Shown here one piece after another: positions 36,682-49,399 of a stretch of DNA of 64,000 nucleotides (its first letter is position 1; every line of letters begins with the position of its first letter). The DNA lies in contig NW_026576328.1 of assembly GCF_028641065.1 (NCBI RefSeq), positions 1 to 64,000 of the forward strand, given 5' to 3'. The stretch is from Leucoraja erinacea (taxonomy: Eukaryota). Under the pieces are notes generated by a model. The model was not told where the DNA came from. It was given only the letters and a program-made list of their open reading frames with translations, and ran no database searches. Made by a program: the position numbers and the translations under genes.

Positions 36682-37690
36682 ATGGAGGACCACATGACGG
36701 GGCAAAACACGGAGAAGCGTTATGAGTGCGACGTGTGTGGCAAGGCCTGTCAACGCCCGAGCTGGCTAGAGAGCCACAGGCAGGAGCACACGGGAGAACA
36801 CCCCTTCGACTGCTCGGAGTGCGGCTAGAGCTTCAAGACGGCGGATATGCAAAAGATCCACCGGCGGGTGCACACGGGCGAGAAGCCCTATGGCTGCTCC
36901 ACCTGCGGCAAGAGCTTTGCCCAGATATCGGGGCTGCGGGATCATCGGTGGGTGCACAGCCGTGAGCGGCCCTTCACCTGCTCCAACTGCGGCAAATGCT
37001 TCAAGTCGTCGCCGGACCTGAAGAGGCACAGGCTCCTGCACACCTGCAGCGACTGCGGCAAGGGCTTCATCCTCTCCAGCTACCTGGTATCCCACACTGG
37101 CGAGTGCCCCTTCACCTGCTCCCAGTGCGGCAAGGGCTTTACCTCCTCCAGCAGGCTGCTGTCCCACCAGCGCACCAAACCTGGAGAGCGTTCATGCACC
37201 TGTACCCAGTGCGGAAAGGGCTTCAATCGCTCCTCCAAGCTGCTGTCCCACCAGCGCACCCACACTGGCGAGCGTCCCCACAACTGCACGCAGTGCGGCA
37301 AAGGCTTCACCTCCTCCAGCAGGCTGCTGGAGCACCAGCGCACCCACACCGGCGCGCGCCTCTACACCTGCACCCAGTGCGGCAAGGGCTTCACCTGCTC
37401 CACCCATCTGCTGTCTCGCGGGGGTTGCGGCAGCACCGGCGGACCCCCGCCGGCGAGCAGCTGCTCGCAGTGTGACAAGAAAGCATGGGGGGGGGCGGGA
37501 ACAACAGCGGTTACACACCGGAGAGAGACCATTTGTGTGCGCTGAGTGTGGCAAGGATTTCACCCACCTTGGCCACCTGCTGGACCACTGATGAGTCCAC
37601 ACCGGCCAGCGCCACTCCACCAGCCCGCTCTGCGGCAAAACCATTGCCCGCTCCTCCAGCCTGCTGGCACATCGCCACGTGGATAGATAG
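36682..37690 (+). pseudogene. C2H2 zinc-finger copy 2, pseudogene
   Basis: ATG at 36682. AAG>TAG stop in finger 2 (tgcggctag, ~36826). The upstream acceptor is replaced by CR1. Confidence 0.9.
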
Positions 37691-37890
37691 GCGCTGTTTA
37701 GGTAGACACAAAATGCAGGAAGGAATGGGTAACGTTTCAGGGTCGAGACCCATCTTCAGTGTCGACCCGAAACGTCACCCATTCCTTGTCTCCAGAGATG
37801 CTGCCTGTCCCGCTGAGTTACTCCCGCACTCTGAAATGTCACCTATCCATGTTCTCCACAGATGCTGCCTGACCCACTGAGTTACTCTAC

Positions 37891-38741
37891 TGGATTTGTG
37901 CCTGGAAGGTCATGTTTGACTAATCTTCTTGAATTTTTTGAAGAGGTTACTCAGGAAATTGATGAGGGTAAATCAGTGGATGTTGTATATATGGACTTCA
38001 GTAAGGCCTTTGACAAGGTTCCTCACGGAAGGTTGGTTAAGAAGGTTCAATTGTTGGGTATTAATGGTGGAGTAGCAAGATGGATTTAACATTGGCTGAA
38101 TGGGAGATGCCGGAGAGTAACGGTGGATGGTTGTTTGTGAGGTTGGAGGCCAGTGACTAGTGGGGTGCCACAGGGATCTGTGTTGGGTCCACTGTTGTTT
38201 GTCATGTACATCAATGATCTGGATGATGGGGTGGTAAATTGGATTAGTAAGTTTGCAGAAGATACTAAGTTAGGTGGGGTTGTGGATAATGAGTAGATTT
38301 TCAAAGTTTACAGAGAGATTTATGCCAGTTGGAAGAGTGGGCTGAAAGATGGCAGATGGAGTTTAATGTTGATAAGTGTGAGGTGCTGCATCTTGGCAGG
38401 ACAAATCAAAATAGGACGTACATGGTAAACAGTAGGGAATTGAAAAATGCAGTTGAACATCGGGATCTGGGAATAACTGTGCACAGTTCCCTGAAAGTGG
38501 AATCTCATATAGATAGGGTGGTAAAGAAAGCTTTTGGTGTGCTGGCCTTTATAAATCAGGGCATTGAGTATAGAAGTTGGGATGTAATGTTAAAATTGTA
38601 CAAGGCATTGGTGAGACCAATTCTGGAGTATGGTGTACAATTTTGGTCGCCTAATTATAGGAAGGATATCAACAAAATAGAGAGAGTACAGAGGAGATTT
38701 ACTAGAATGATGCCTGGGTTTCATCAACTAAGTTACCGAGA

Positions 38742-38773
<32 letters not shown>

Positions 38774-39563
38774 ATTTTATTTCTGGGCGCCTTTCAAGAG
38801 TCTCAAGGACACAATGTTGAACAAGTTAGGGCTTTATTCTTTGGAGCGCAGAAGGTTAAGGGGGAACTTGATAGAGGCCTTTAAAATGATGAGAGGGATA
38901 GACAGAGTTGACGTGGATAAGCTTTTCCCATTGAGAGTAGGGAATATTCAAACAAGGGGACATGACTTGAGAATTAAGGGACAGAAATTTAGAGGTAACA
39001 TGAGGGGGAACGTCTTTACTCAGAGAGTGGTGGCTGTGTGGAATGAGCTTCCAGTGAAGGTGGTGGAGGCAGGTTCGATTTTATCATTTAAAAATAAATT
39101 GCATAGTTCTATGGACGGGAAAGGAATGGAAGGTTATGTTCTGAGCGCAGGTATATGGGACTAGGGGAGAATACGTGTTCGGCACGGACTAGAAAGGTCG
39201 AGATGGCCTGTTTCCGTGCTGTAATGGTTATATGGTTATATGGTTATAATATATGTTCTTACAAATAATTCCCCCTATTTTGTGTAATAGAGTAATATAA
39301 TATCTATTTTATAGAACGATACTGGCAGTTATTGCGCAATGACATACTTAGCAGCAGATAACGTGATGAGGTTAACTTTGTTTGGCTGACGGACTGCCGC
39401 TAATCCCAATTAAATTGCCTTGATTAGAAATATGATTTATCTGGAGAATATGCAGCTAACTTTAAAAGCAAGCGACCGGTCAGACCGGCAGGAAACGTGG
39501 ATTACAACTGGGCATGGAACTGCCGGTAATCAACCAGGTAGATAATATCTTCTACCCTATCCT
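37891..39563 (+). repeat. Inverted duplicate of ~25098-26762 (CR1 + L2 insert + GPCR promoter + truncated exon 1)
   Basis: Shares the diagnostic L2 insert (YREIIII...RVSRTQC) and the unique flank. Confidence 0.92.
39514..39563 (+). pseudogene. Truncated GPR139-like exon 1
   Basis: MELPVINQVDNIFYPIL, then a rearrangement junction; no donor. Confidence 0.85.
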
Positions 39564-39564
39564 G

Positions 39565-41915
39565 GAAACAATCGGTATGTCTCTGGTGACTCTTCCAAGC
39601 TTCTGCAGCTGCACATAAATAAGCAATCTGCTCCTTCGCCTTCCAAAAACCTTGGAAAGAACCCATTGGGTCCAGCCAATCCACTTCAAACTGACATTGG
39701 CTTCTTTTTTTCGTTGTCAGGTTTACAATCACCTTGGTCATCCACGATTGCCTCTCGACCCGTGCGATTACTAAGGAGAAGGTGCTTGGAAAACTGAAAA
39801 TGCTGAGGCTCGTTAAATCACCTGGACCGGATGGACTGCACCCCGTGGTTCTGAAGTAGGTGGCCTCATGGATTGTGGAGGCATTATTCGTGATATTTCA
39901 AGATTCACTTGAGTTAGTTGTGATTCCCCAAGATAGGTCAATTGCGGATATCACCCCGCTGTGCATAAAGGGACCAAAGCAAAAGAGCGGAAACAATAGA
40001 CAGGTTAGCGTGACTTCGGTACTTGCTAAGATTTTAGATTCAATCATGAAGGATGAGGTTACCCAGCATTTGGACGTTCACGCTAAAAGAGGCCGACGTC
40101 AACATGATGTTGTGAAGGGATCATCTTGTCTGACTAATCTGCTGGTGTTCTTTGAGAAAGTTAATAGCTGGACAGACAGAGGGGAGGCTGTAGATGTTGC
40201 ATCCCTAGAATTTCTGAAGCGCTTCGATGAGGTGCCGCACGTCAGGCTGCTCGGGAATATATGAGAGTCCATGCTATTAAAGTGAAGATGTCAGCATGGA
40301 TAGCGGGTTGGCTGTGGGGCAAAGAGTTGCAATAAAATACGCTTTTTCAGGTGAGCTGACATTGATTAGTGAAGTTCCGCAAGGGTCGGTACTGAGGCCG
40401 CTTCACTTCACTTTGTATATTAATGATTTGGATAAGGGGATTGAAGGCTTCGACGTCAAGTTTGCAGATGATGCTCATAAAGGTGGAGGGTCAGTAGGTG
40501 GAGAAGAAGCAAGGATTCGGCAGAAGGACGTGGACAGGTTAGAAGAATGGACAGAGAAGTGGCAGATGAAATCCAGTAGAGCAAAGTGCGAAGTCATGCA
40601 TTTTGGTAATAATAATAAAACCGTTGATTATTTTGTAAACGGGGATATAATCCATCAATCGGAGGTGCAAAGGGACTTGAGAATGCTGGTGCAGGTCTCC
40701 CAAACAGTTAATGTGCAAGTCGAATCGATAGTAAGGAAGGCAATTTCAATGCTAGCATTTATATCAGGCGGACTGGATAACAAATACGGAGATGTAATGC
40801 TGAGGCTCGATAAGGCGCTGGTCAGGCAGCATTTGGAGTCCTGTGCTGGTTTGGGCCACATATCTGAGGAAGGTTGCGCTGGCTCTGGAGAGGGTCCAGA
40901 TAAGGTATACCAAAATGAATCCAGGAATGTGTGGGTTAGCACACTTACTGGAGTTTAGAAGATTGAGGTAGAATGTCATTGAAACGTACAGAATAATGAA
41001 AGGCACAGAAAGGTTGTTTCCACTGCGGCGAGAGTCTAGGACCATAGGTCATCGCCTCAGAATTAAAGGGCTCTCGTTTAGAAAAGAAATGAGGAGGAAT
41101 TTTTTAGTCAGAAGGTGGTTAATCTGTGGAATTCAGTGCCACGAGGGGCTGTGGAGGCCAAGTCAGTGGCTATTTTAAAGGCAGAGATAGACCATTTCTT
41201 GATTAGAACGGGTGTCAAGGGTTATAGACGGAAAGCCGAAAAATGGGGTTGGGCGGCAGAGATCAGCCACGATTGTGTTCTGAACTAGGTGGCCTCAGGG
41301 ATTGTGAAGGCATGATTTGAGATATTTCAAGAACCCCTTAGAAATATAGAAACATAGAAACATAAAAAATAGGTGCAGGAGTAGGCCATTCGGACCTTCG
41401 AGCCTGTACCGCTCAAGGCTGATCATCCAACTCAATATCCTGTACCTGCCTTCTCTCCATACTCCCTGATCCCTTTAGCCACAAGGGCCACATCTAACTC
41501 CCTCTTAAATATAGCCAATGGACTGGCCTCAACTACCTTCTGAGGCAGAGAATTCCAGAGATTCACCACTCTCTGTGTGAACAATGTTTTCCTAATCTCG
41601 GTACTAAAATAATTACCCCTTATCCTTAAACTATGACCCCTTGTTCTGGACTTCCCCCAACATCGGGAACAATCTTCCTGCATCTAGCCTGTCCAACCCC
41701 TTAAGAATGTTGTAAGTTTCTATAAGACCCCCCCCCCCTCAATCTTCACGGACTAGAAGGGTCGAGATGGCCTGTTTCCGTACTGTAATTGTTATCTTCT
41801 AAATTCTAGCGAGTACAAGCAGAGTCTATCCAGTCTTTCTTCATATGAAAGTCCTGACATCCCAGGTCTGGTGAACCTTCTCTGTAATCCATTTATGGCA
41901 AATGTATTTCCTCAG
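39565..41915 (+). repeat. Direct duplicate of ~28752-31078 (Rex fragment + two CR1 fragments)
   Basis: ORFs 40296-40958 and 29475-30137 are nearly identical; same 55-bp insert. Confidence 0.92.
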
Positions 41916-42400
41916 CGCGTGTTGCCGCATAAACCACTGTCCGTACCTCTCACAATGGAGTCTCCCACTACAATGGCGTTGCCTGACATTGGCCTCTTTT
42001 GGTTTTGGCTCAACAGCCCTTTTTGCTTCGCAAGCCAGTCCGCCGCTCAGTGTAATAACGTCTTCTGACCCGACAGTTTCTAAGTGGGTTAACCTATTCA
42101 CAAGAGGTACAAGACCCGGGGACGTTTGCATTCCATGCTTCCCTCCCTTTCTCACCGTCACCCACCTTCTCTCTTCCAGTACCTTAGGTGAAACAATCTT
42201 ACTGTAGGATTTGTCGAGGAACGACTCAGTATCTCGGACGAACCTGAGGTCATCCACTTGCTTCTCCAATTTCCCAACACGGTCCTCCAGGAGTTGTACC
42301 TGGATGCACTTAACATATTTGTAGCAGCCAGAGGCACCAGCAGTGTCCTTGACCTCCCACATACTGCAAGCACCACACTGAATCAGCTTGCCTGACATCT
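41916..42400 (-). mobile_element. CR1 ORF1 N-terminal fragment
   Basis: MSGKLIQCGACSMWEV...KCIQVQLLEDRVGKLEKQV...WVTVRKG. Confidence 0.85.
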
Positions 42401-42497
42401 CCTTGGTGAACCTCTGGATGATTTTGCTATGAACAAGGCGAGAAAAAAACATTATAGCTCTTAGTGTATTTGCAAATTATTTATTTATTAATATTCC

Positions 42498-42830
42498 ACA
42501 TTCAATTCAAGTGACACTTATTGTCACATGCACCAATTGGTACAATGGAATTTGGGGTCACCATCCGACGTCGGAACAGAAGAACATTTTCAGCGGCTTG
42601 GACTTCCGAATCGGCCACTTCCTACCGGAGAACTCGCCTCCTGGCTTAGCTGGGTGGAGAATCACGCTAGCGGCCCTCGGCAAAGGTATCCCAGGGCTCC
42701 ACGGTGTTGAAATCAGCGCGGCCCGAGGCTGGGAGCTCCGCAAACCACAGCTCCATGATGTTGAAGCAGCAGGCCCAACACTCCAGAGCTTCAAACAGCG
42801 ATCCAGGTAAGGTATCGCCTGCTCCGCGGT
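42498..42830 (-). mobile_element. Non-autonomous GC-rich retroelement fragment
   Basis: Minus-strand tail ...ggtgcatgtgacaataagtgtcacttgaattgaa. Confidence 0.5.
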
Positions 42831-43840
42831 GAATAAAATATGTATTTTAAAGCCAACTGTTTAATGACAACATACAGTAGGATCTAAAAGGGTTACACTG
42901 TCACTGTTGGGTAGTCATGGTCCTCTAGTCGTGGGGTGTGGGGGATTGGGAGGGGTGGGGCTCACAAGTGAAATAGCTTAGGGCCTCTCTTCATCTAACT
43001 CCGACCTGTGAATAATATAGCTGGGACATATTGGCGGGTTGTAAACAGTTGGGACGAATTGTATGACTATTTGACTCTGCAAACTACGCCATCATGTTAA
43101 TAAAGGATATAGCTAGTTTGACATAGAATCACCTGTTGTTCTGGCATAAAATTATTATAAAAATGCATGCTTCCACCATGAGAGTATGAGCTTCATCTTC
43201 AAGGAAAAAAGAAAGGTCCACCAAAGACAAAGAAGGAGAGCCTCCTACGTCTCAAGGCATTGGACACATCCGCTGACAAGAATGTCTAAATAATACAGCG
43301 AGTCAGAGAAATTCGGAACAATGTTTGGAAGAACCGAATGTCTGATGCAAATCAGTTCCCCTCTCATGAAAGTAATCTTTGTGGGATTTCCATAGACGAC
43401 ACAAATGAAAGGGTCGTAAAGGCATACAGAAATGTATGACTTTACGACCCTATCACCGGTTAATTGTGTGAACCACCAAAATGGGAAACTAAGATTAGTG
43501 TAGATGGGCTAAAAGAGGGTGGCAGATTTTTGGAGGGAAGGGCGCTTACATGCACAGTGTAGTGCACAGCGAATTTCCATTAAATCGGCTTTAAGTGTCG
43601 AACAGATCAGGAGGACACATTATTGGCAACAATGCTGAATACAATATTCAACTATCAGCTCCTTATACATATACACAATGAAGTTAAACGACGTGTTAAC
43701 CCACACAGTAGAAATGGGATCATGAATTACAGTAAGACCTTGACCAGCTGGTGAAAAGGAAGGAGGATGGGGATGTAGGATATAATAAAATAACACGAAT
43801 ATAACGTCACTTTGAAATGAATTGTGGTTTCACTGATAAA

Positions 43841-44751
43841 TTAAAAGTGCTTTAGTGAATTAGACAAGAACCCGCAAGGACCCCTAAACAGGGTTTTTAA
43901 TTCTTCCCTGAATTTCGTCTGTGACACGGCGTAAATAAACGTGTTGGTGCAAGCACTCAGACACCTCAGCATGTATCCGGATTGTTCTGCCACGGTAAAT
44001 GGGTCGTCGTAATCTGTTGCTAAAAGCTGCACGTCTATAAATCGTACACTGATGAAGCACACGAATATTACCATCCACAGTAGCACGAAGCTGCCGGATA
44101 CGGCCAGCAATAGAATGATGGACTTCCTTCTATTATCCACCTCCTGATCTGCGCTGCTCTCCTCCTTCTTCTTCGCTCGGAGACCGCTCCTCACTCTGTT
44201 GGCGTGTATAATGTGTCTGATTGTCAGGGCGTTGAGGAGCATGATCAGTAGGAATGGTATAAATGGGGTTAAAATAGTTTCGAACGACCAAAATGCTACC
44301 AGTAACGGTGAGGTGTAGAAGTCTGGGGTTACGCCACATGACCAAGCCACGTTGTTAATGATTTCTCGTGGTGCGTAGACAAAATACATTGGGATATTTT
44401 CAATAACACTTAGGGAACACACCACTGCTATCACCAAACTCGCAGTTTTCCCAGTGCAATACCTTCCTCGTAACTTTGGACAACAAATAGCAACAAATCG
44501 ATCGAAGGTGAAAGTTACCGTTAGCCAGACAGAGCAATCAATGGACATAAAAAGCATGGTCAAGTTGACGCTACAAACAGGAGTTAAGTTCAGAAATGAA
44601 TTGGGGAAATAGCCATCTTTAATCTCGTAGAGGATTACCTCGAAGATCAGAACCATTAAATCACCCACGGCCATATATACCAGGTAAAGGGTGATACATT
44701 TGGAGAGACCGCACTTTCCTCGGGCGAGAATGACGATTGCCACCACGTTAG
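43841..44751 (-). CDS. GPR139-like class A GPCR, exon 2 (intact)
   Basis: Acceptor tttctacag|CT AAC. YLVYMAVGDL (TM2), extracellular Cys, FTFDRFVAIC (DRY-like), IP in TM4, PF...LN in TM5, F.LLW in TM6, CTNTFIY in TM7, helix 8 KFREEL. No lesions. Confidence 0.93.
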
Positions 44752-44809
44752 CTGTAGAAAAGACAAAATTAAAATGACTTTACTACCCGTTATTGGTCTT
44801 GCAGGAAGC

Positions 44810-45092
44810 TTAGTTTAGAGATGCAGCTTGGGAACGGGACGTTCGGCCCAACGAGTCCTCGCCGTCCAGCGATCACCGGTTCACAGTAGTTCTATCCGAG
44901 ACACTAGAACCAATTTACAGAAGCCAATTAACCTGCACGTGTTTGGGTTCCGAGAGGAAACCAGAGCACCCGGAGAAAATACATGCGATCACACGGGAAA
45001 TGTACAAACTACGTACAGACAGAGTGGTCAGGATGGAACCCTGGTCCCTTGCGCTGTAAAGCAGCAACCCTACCGCTGCACCACCGTGCCGC
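44810..45092 (-). mobile_element. HE1-like V-SINE in the GPCR intron
   Basis: Reverse complement of gcggcacggtggtgcagcggtagggttgctgc...gctgcatctctaaactaa. Confidence 0.8.
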
Positions 45093-45589
45093 TAAAGTTA
45101 ATCTGACAGATTTTGCGAAAATGTGAAGATTTTTGGCTTTCAATCCTACTTCGTTCCCTCGTCGCTTCGATATGCCAGTGATTCTGATAAAATCAATATA
45201 TTGGTAGGTTCACGTCGCCGACTACATGAACCGCATGACTGGGTTTTCAGATTCCATTTCGACCAAATATCGATTTGCCATACGATCCAACAGATAACGT
45301 ATAACCGATCGGTATGAACATTGATCAGTGCATTTTAAGTAATATCCCCTATCCCCCCCTCTCTCTGTCGCTGTACAACCACGAGCCCATCCATTTATCA
45401 TTCAATTCGCCCACTATCCCGCCCCTCTTTCCAACTACGATCCCCTCTCACCCCACCTATGTCCCTCTCACTGGCCTTACACTTCACCTGCAGTCCTCTA
45501 TGCTGTTCATACCTTCTTGGATCAGAATCCGGTCATCGACCCATTCAATCTACTGCGCCAATGAATCACGGCGGATCTATATTTCTCTC

Positions 45590-45960
45590 TCATGGAAACA
45601 TAGAAAATAAGTGCAGGAGTAGGCCATTTGGCCCTTCGAGCCAGCACCGCCATTCAATGTGATTCTGGCTGATCGTCCAAAATTAGTAATCCATTCCTGC
45701 CTTCTCCCCATATTCCTTGATTGCGCTGGCCATAAGAGCTCAAGCTCATTCAACCCAATTCTCCTGCTTTCGGCCCATAATCCCGAATACACTTATTAAT
45801 CATTAATCTGTAAATCTCCGCCTTAAAATAAATATCAATAGTCTTGGCCTGCAGATCCGACGGTGGCAATGAGTTCCACAGATTCACCACCCCCTGACTA
45901 AAGGTATTCCTCCGCTCCTTGCTTCTAAAGGCACGTATAGTTTTTCTGAGCCTCTTCCCT
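45590..45960 (-). mobile_element. CR1 3' fragment
   Basis: FSQGVVNLWNSLP motif; catagaaa tail. Confidence 0.75.
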
Positions 45961-46789
45961 TCATTATCGTTGTTTCCCGCAAATCTTCCATACATTTGTC
46001 TTAAATACCGTCTACATCTCTCGTTCCCCTACCCCTGACTCTGTTTTGCAATCTAATCAGGTATGTAGCATATAGTGCATTGTGATTCTTATGTCATGGA
46101 CCAGGGCGGAATGTGGAGCGGCAAGAAAGGCGACCTTTGGTAACCACTCTCCAACACCGCGCCTTGCGGTATAATCATTCTGTCACTCCAGAGGCAAACT
46201 CGCTTTTTAGATAAAATGCAGTTAAAATGTGCTCCGGGTCAAATGTCAGGGAGTTATGACGAACCAGTGATTCTGATTAAAAAAAACAACAACAATATAT
46301 TGCTAGGTTCACGTCGCCGACTACATGAATCGCGACAACGAAACTAGCCCATCGGCCTCACTCGTCTATGCCAACCAAGGTACTCCATGTGAGCTAGTCC
46401 CACTTACCTGTGTTTGACCTATGTCCGTCTATTCATTTCTTATCCATGTACCTGTCCAAATGTATTTTAAATGTTGTTATTGTACCTCCCTCACCAACCT
46501 CCTCTGGCAGCTCATACGATCCTGTGTGAAAAAAATCCACTTAGATTCTTATTATATCATTCCCCTCTCACCTTAAAGCGATGTCTTCTGTTTTTTGCAT
46601 TTACATAACATGGTAAAATGAACTGCATATTCATCCTATATAATCCATTACTATTCAAGTACGTCTTCACAGTTGATGATAATCCATCCATAATGAAATA
46701 TCGAGGTGTCTGCGGAAATATGCTTTGCCATCCATGAATAATCCTAACCTTGTCACTGGTGTATTTCAAGATGCCCGAAATCTAATTAC

Positions 46790-47085
46790 GGCGGCAGAGC
46801 TGTAGAGTTCCTGCCTTACAGCGCCAAGGAACCGGGTTATATGCTGACAACCGGTTCTGCCTGTATGGAGTTTGTACTTTCTCCCCGTGACCTGCGTGAG
46901 TTTTATGCGGGAGCTCCGGTCTCCTCCCACACTCCAAATACATGTGATTTGCAAGTTAATTTGGCTTCGGTAAAGATTGCAATATGTCCCTAGTTGGGTA
47001 GGATAGCACTTGTGTACGGTGGGATCACTGGTCGGCGCGGACTCGGTGGGCCAAACGGCCTGTTTTCGTGCTTATGTCTAAACAA
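46790..47085 (+). mobile_element. HE1-like V-SINE
   Basis: ggcggcagagctgtagagttcctgccttacagcgcc...gggagctccggtctcctcccacactccaaa. Confidence 0.8.
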
Positions 47086-48239
47086 GTCTCGGTAAATTGG
47101 AGCGCGTGTTTTAGGCTGAAATGGGAGGTCTCCAATCATGCGTTTTTCCGAAGAGTAAGTAAGTAAGATTATTGGCTAAGTTATTCACATACAAGGAATT
47201 TCCCTTGGTGCTCCGCCCACAAGTAACTACATGACGTACAGTGACAGTTTCGAATGACTCCGAAAACACTAAACATTAATAATAATAAAACATTAATGAT
47301 AAAACACCATTGATCAAGCATGTGAACCAACAAAATACCAGATCATAGGGAGGCTACAGATTTTTGCTGTTGGTCTATTCCCATCGAGTCAATGGGATAA
47401 TATTGGCGGAATTGGACATTCATGGAGTTCTAGAAGGCTGCGGTGGAACGTGAAATGGTGTAGTCATTCTATTTCATTATTGCCAAAGATCTCCCGCAGA
47501 ACCGCTAAAAACATATCCGGCTAACTACGTCTAATTCACGGAGATTGTCGCTCCCCGCTGAATTGGTTCTGTCTGCAGATTCCGTGACTTACCAAGTGTT
47601 CCGCCCGTTCACTTATTGGAAGAGCTTTGTGAACAGACCTGGGACAGACCCAGAACGCTGGAGCAATTCAGCGGGCCATGCAGCATCCCTGGATAGAAGG
47701 AATCGGTGATGTCTCGGCTCAAGCCTGAGGAATGGGTTCGATGCGAAGTGTCATGCATTCCTTCTATCCATGGATGCTGCCCCTGCACCTGTTGTTCCAG
47801 CATTTTTCCCTTTCACCGGTGGAAGCCGGCATCTGCTGTTCAATCCTGAACAAACCCGGGAGCCTAATTATTCTAGGAGACACGAAAGACTGCAGATCGA
47901 AGTACGGGACTACAGAGCGAAGTACAAAATGGTGGATGGACTCAACAGGCAGGCATCTCATACGGAGGGAAATTGAGAGACGATGTTTCAGGTCCGGACA
48001 CTTCTTCAAACTAATGATATTTTATCAGACTTTGTCCCTCTCATTCTAAATCTGTGTCCTCTAATCAGTGTTTCCCACGATGAATGTAAGGCGGAATTGG
48101 GAACGAGCTATTGGAACATTAGGTTTCTATCAGATTTCCTGCTTTGCCGCCTGTCGTTACTTCGCATTGGAGACGCATTTGGGGATCACGAAGTTATTAT
48201 GGGAGGTTTAAATTGTTAGTCGTACTGGTTTCTAGACTA

Positions 48240-48520
48240 GGGTAGTGCAGTTGGCAGAGTTGCGGTCTCGCGGCGCCGGACACTCGGGTTCAATCATGAA
48301 CTTGGGTGCTCTCAGTGAGGAGGTTAGTCCTTCTCCCTGTGGCTATGGGTTTCTTTCTAGTTCTCCGGTTTCTTCCCACATTCCAAAGACCTGCGGGTTG
48401 GTAGGAAAATTGGCTTCTGTAAATTATCCCTGATATGTATGACAGAACGCGCGTACGGTGATAGTTTGTCGGCGCGTACTCAGTGGGTCTGAGGGCCTAT
48501 TTCCACGCTGTACATCTAAA
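48240..48520 (+). mobile_element. HE1-like V-SINE
   Basis: A-box and B-box (gggttcaatc), V-domain, gctgtacatctaaa tail. Confidence 0.75.
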
Positions 48521-48809
48521 AGAAACACTATGTACGCCATTTTCGCTCGTTACATGTCGACCAGTATTTGACTGCCAATACTAAATCAAACAGACAATTA
48601 AGTATACACTTCAAGTTCAAGTTCAAGTGAGTTTATTGTCATGTGTCCCTGTTAGGACAATGACATTGTTGCGTTTCTTCAGCACACATACCATAGTAGG
48701 TATTTACTACAATACAGATCGATGTGTCCATATACCATAATAACAACTTCCACTTAACAACACAGAACTACACAACGAAAGGATTAACAGGTGATAATAA
48801 GCGTCTTAC

Positions 48810-48879
48810 CAGGAATGCCGATGATGGCAAGGATCGGATAGTAAATGTTTTCTACCTGAATTATTACCGGCTGTTTCAT
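48810..48879 (-). CDS. GPR139-like GPCR exon 1 (splices to 44751; 326-aa protein)
   Basis: MKQPVIIQVENIYYPILAIIGIP+G|GTAAG. G+CT gives Ala in frame with exon 2 (GIPAN, TM1 Asn). 70+911=981 nt. Confidence 0.9.
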
Positions 48880-48904
48880 ACTAGCTTTCCAGTCAATGCT
48901 GTCA

Positions 48905-49032
48905 CCGTTTATACTCGGGAGAAATCTAGTCACTCATTAGCAGGGTAAAATGATTGGGACTAGTGACAGTCTTTTAAACTGGCGAAATTGACCAGATGCC
49001 AATTAGGACTAATTAAGTTACTGCGCAATATT
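48905..49032 (-). promoter_or_regulatory. Putative GPCR proximal promoter (TATA-like, CCAAT block, C/EBP-like site)
   Basis: TATAAA at 48913-48908. attgggactagtgacagtc (48953-48971) and actgcgcaat (49020-49029) are conserved with the paralog at 25248-25266 and 25318-25327. Confidence 0.5.
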
Positions 49033-49399
49033 TTCCGACGAAATGAAGCAATTGATAACATTTCAAGTAGAAACACGCATTTCTTAATATTGCAGGATTC
49101 TCCAGTTGTTATGGAAAAAATAGTCCTGGATTTGCGGATCTACTTTTGCAGACAAATGCGAGGACTGTGCAGGAACCTACGGACATGTATATTGTCTTTT
49201 TTACTTTTCACTTTTAATTCAATTTTGATTTCAAGTTTTCGTGTTGCTTGTTGGATATTATGATTGTTGGCACACCAATTTACCCCCGGGCACGAATAAA
49301 GTTCTAACATATTGTATCGCTATAGATCCGCAGAATCAGGGATATTAGCAACCTTTCTCTTTCGTGCATCGAGATTGCCTCTTTCTTCTTAAAATCGTA

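Noticed and set aside
38742-38813. Poly-Ile stretch in the CR1 ORF (also 25843-25911)
   Set aside because: Translation of an inserted L2 (ATT)n tail.
43841-48879. Assigning the symbol GPR139
   Set aside because: Multi-copy lineage-specific paralog; orthology cannot be shown from sequence alone.
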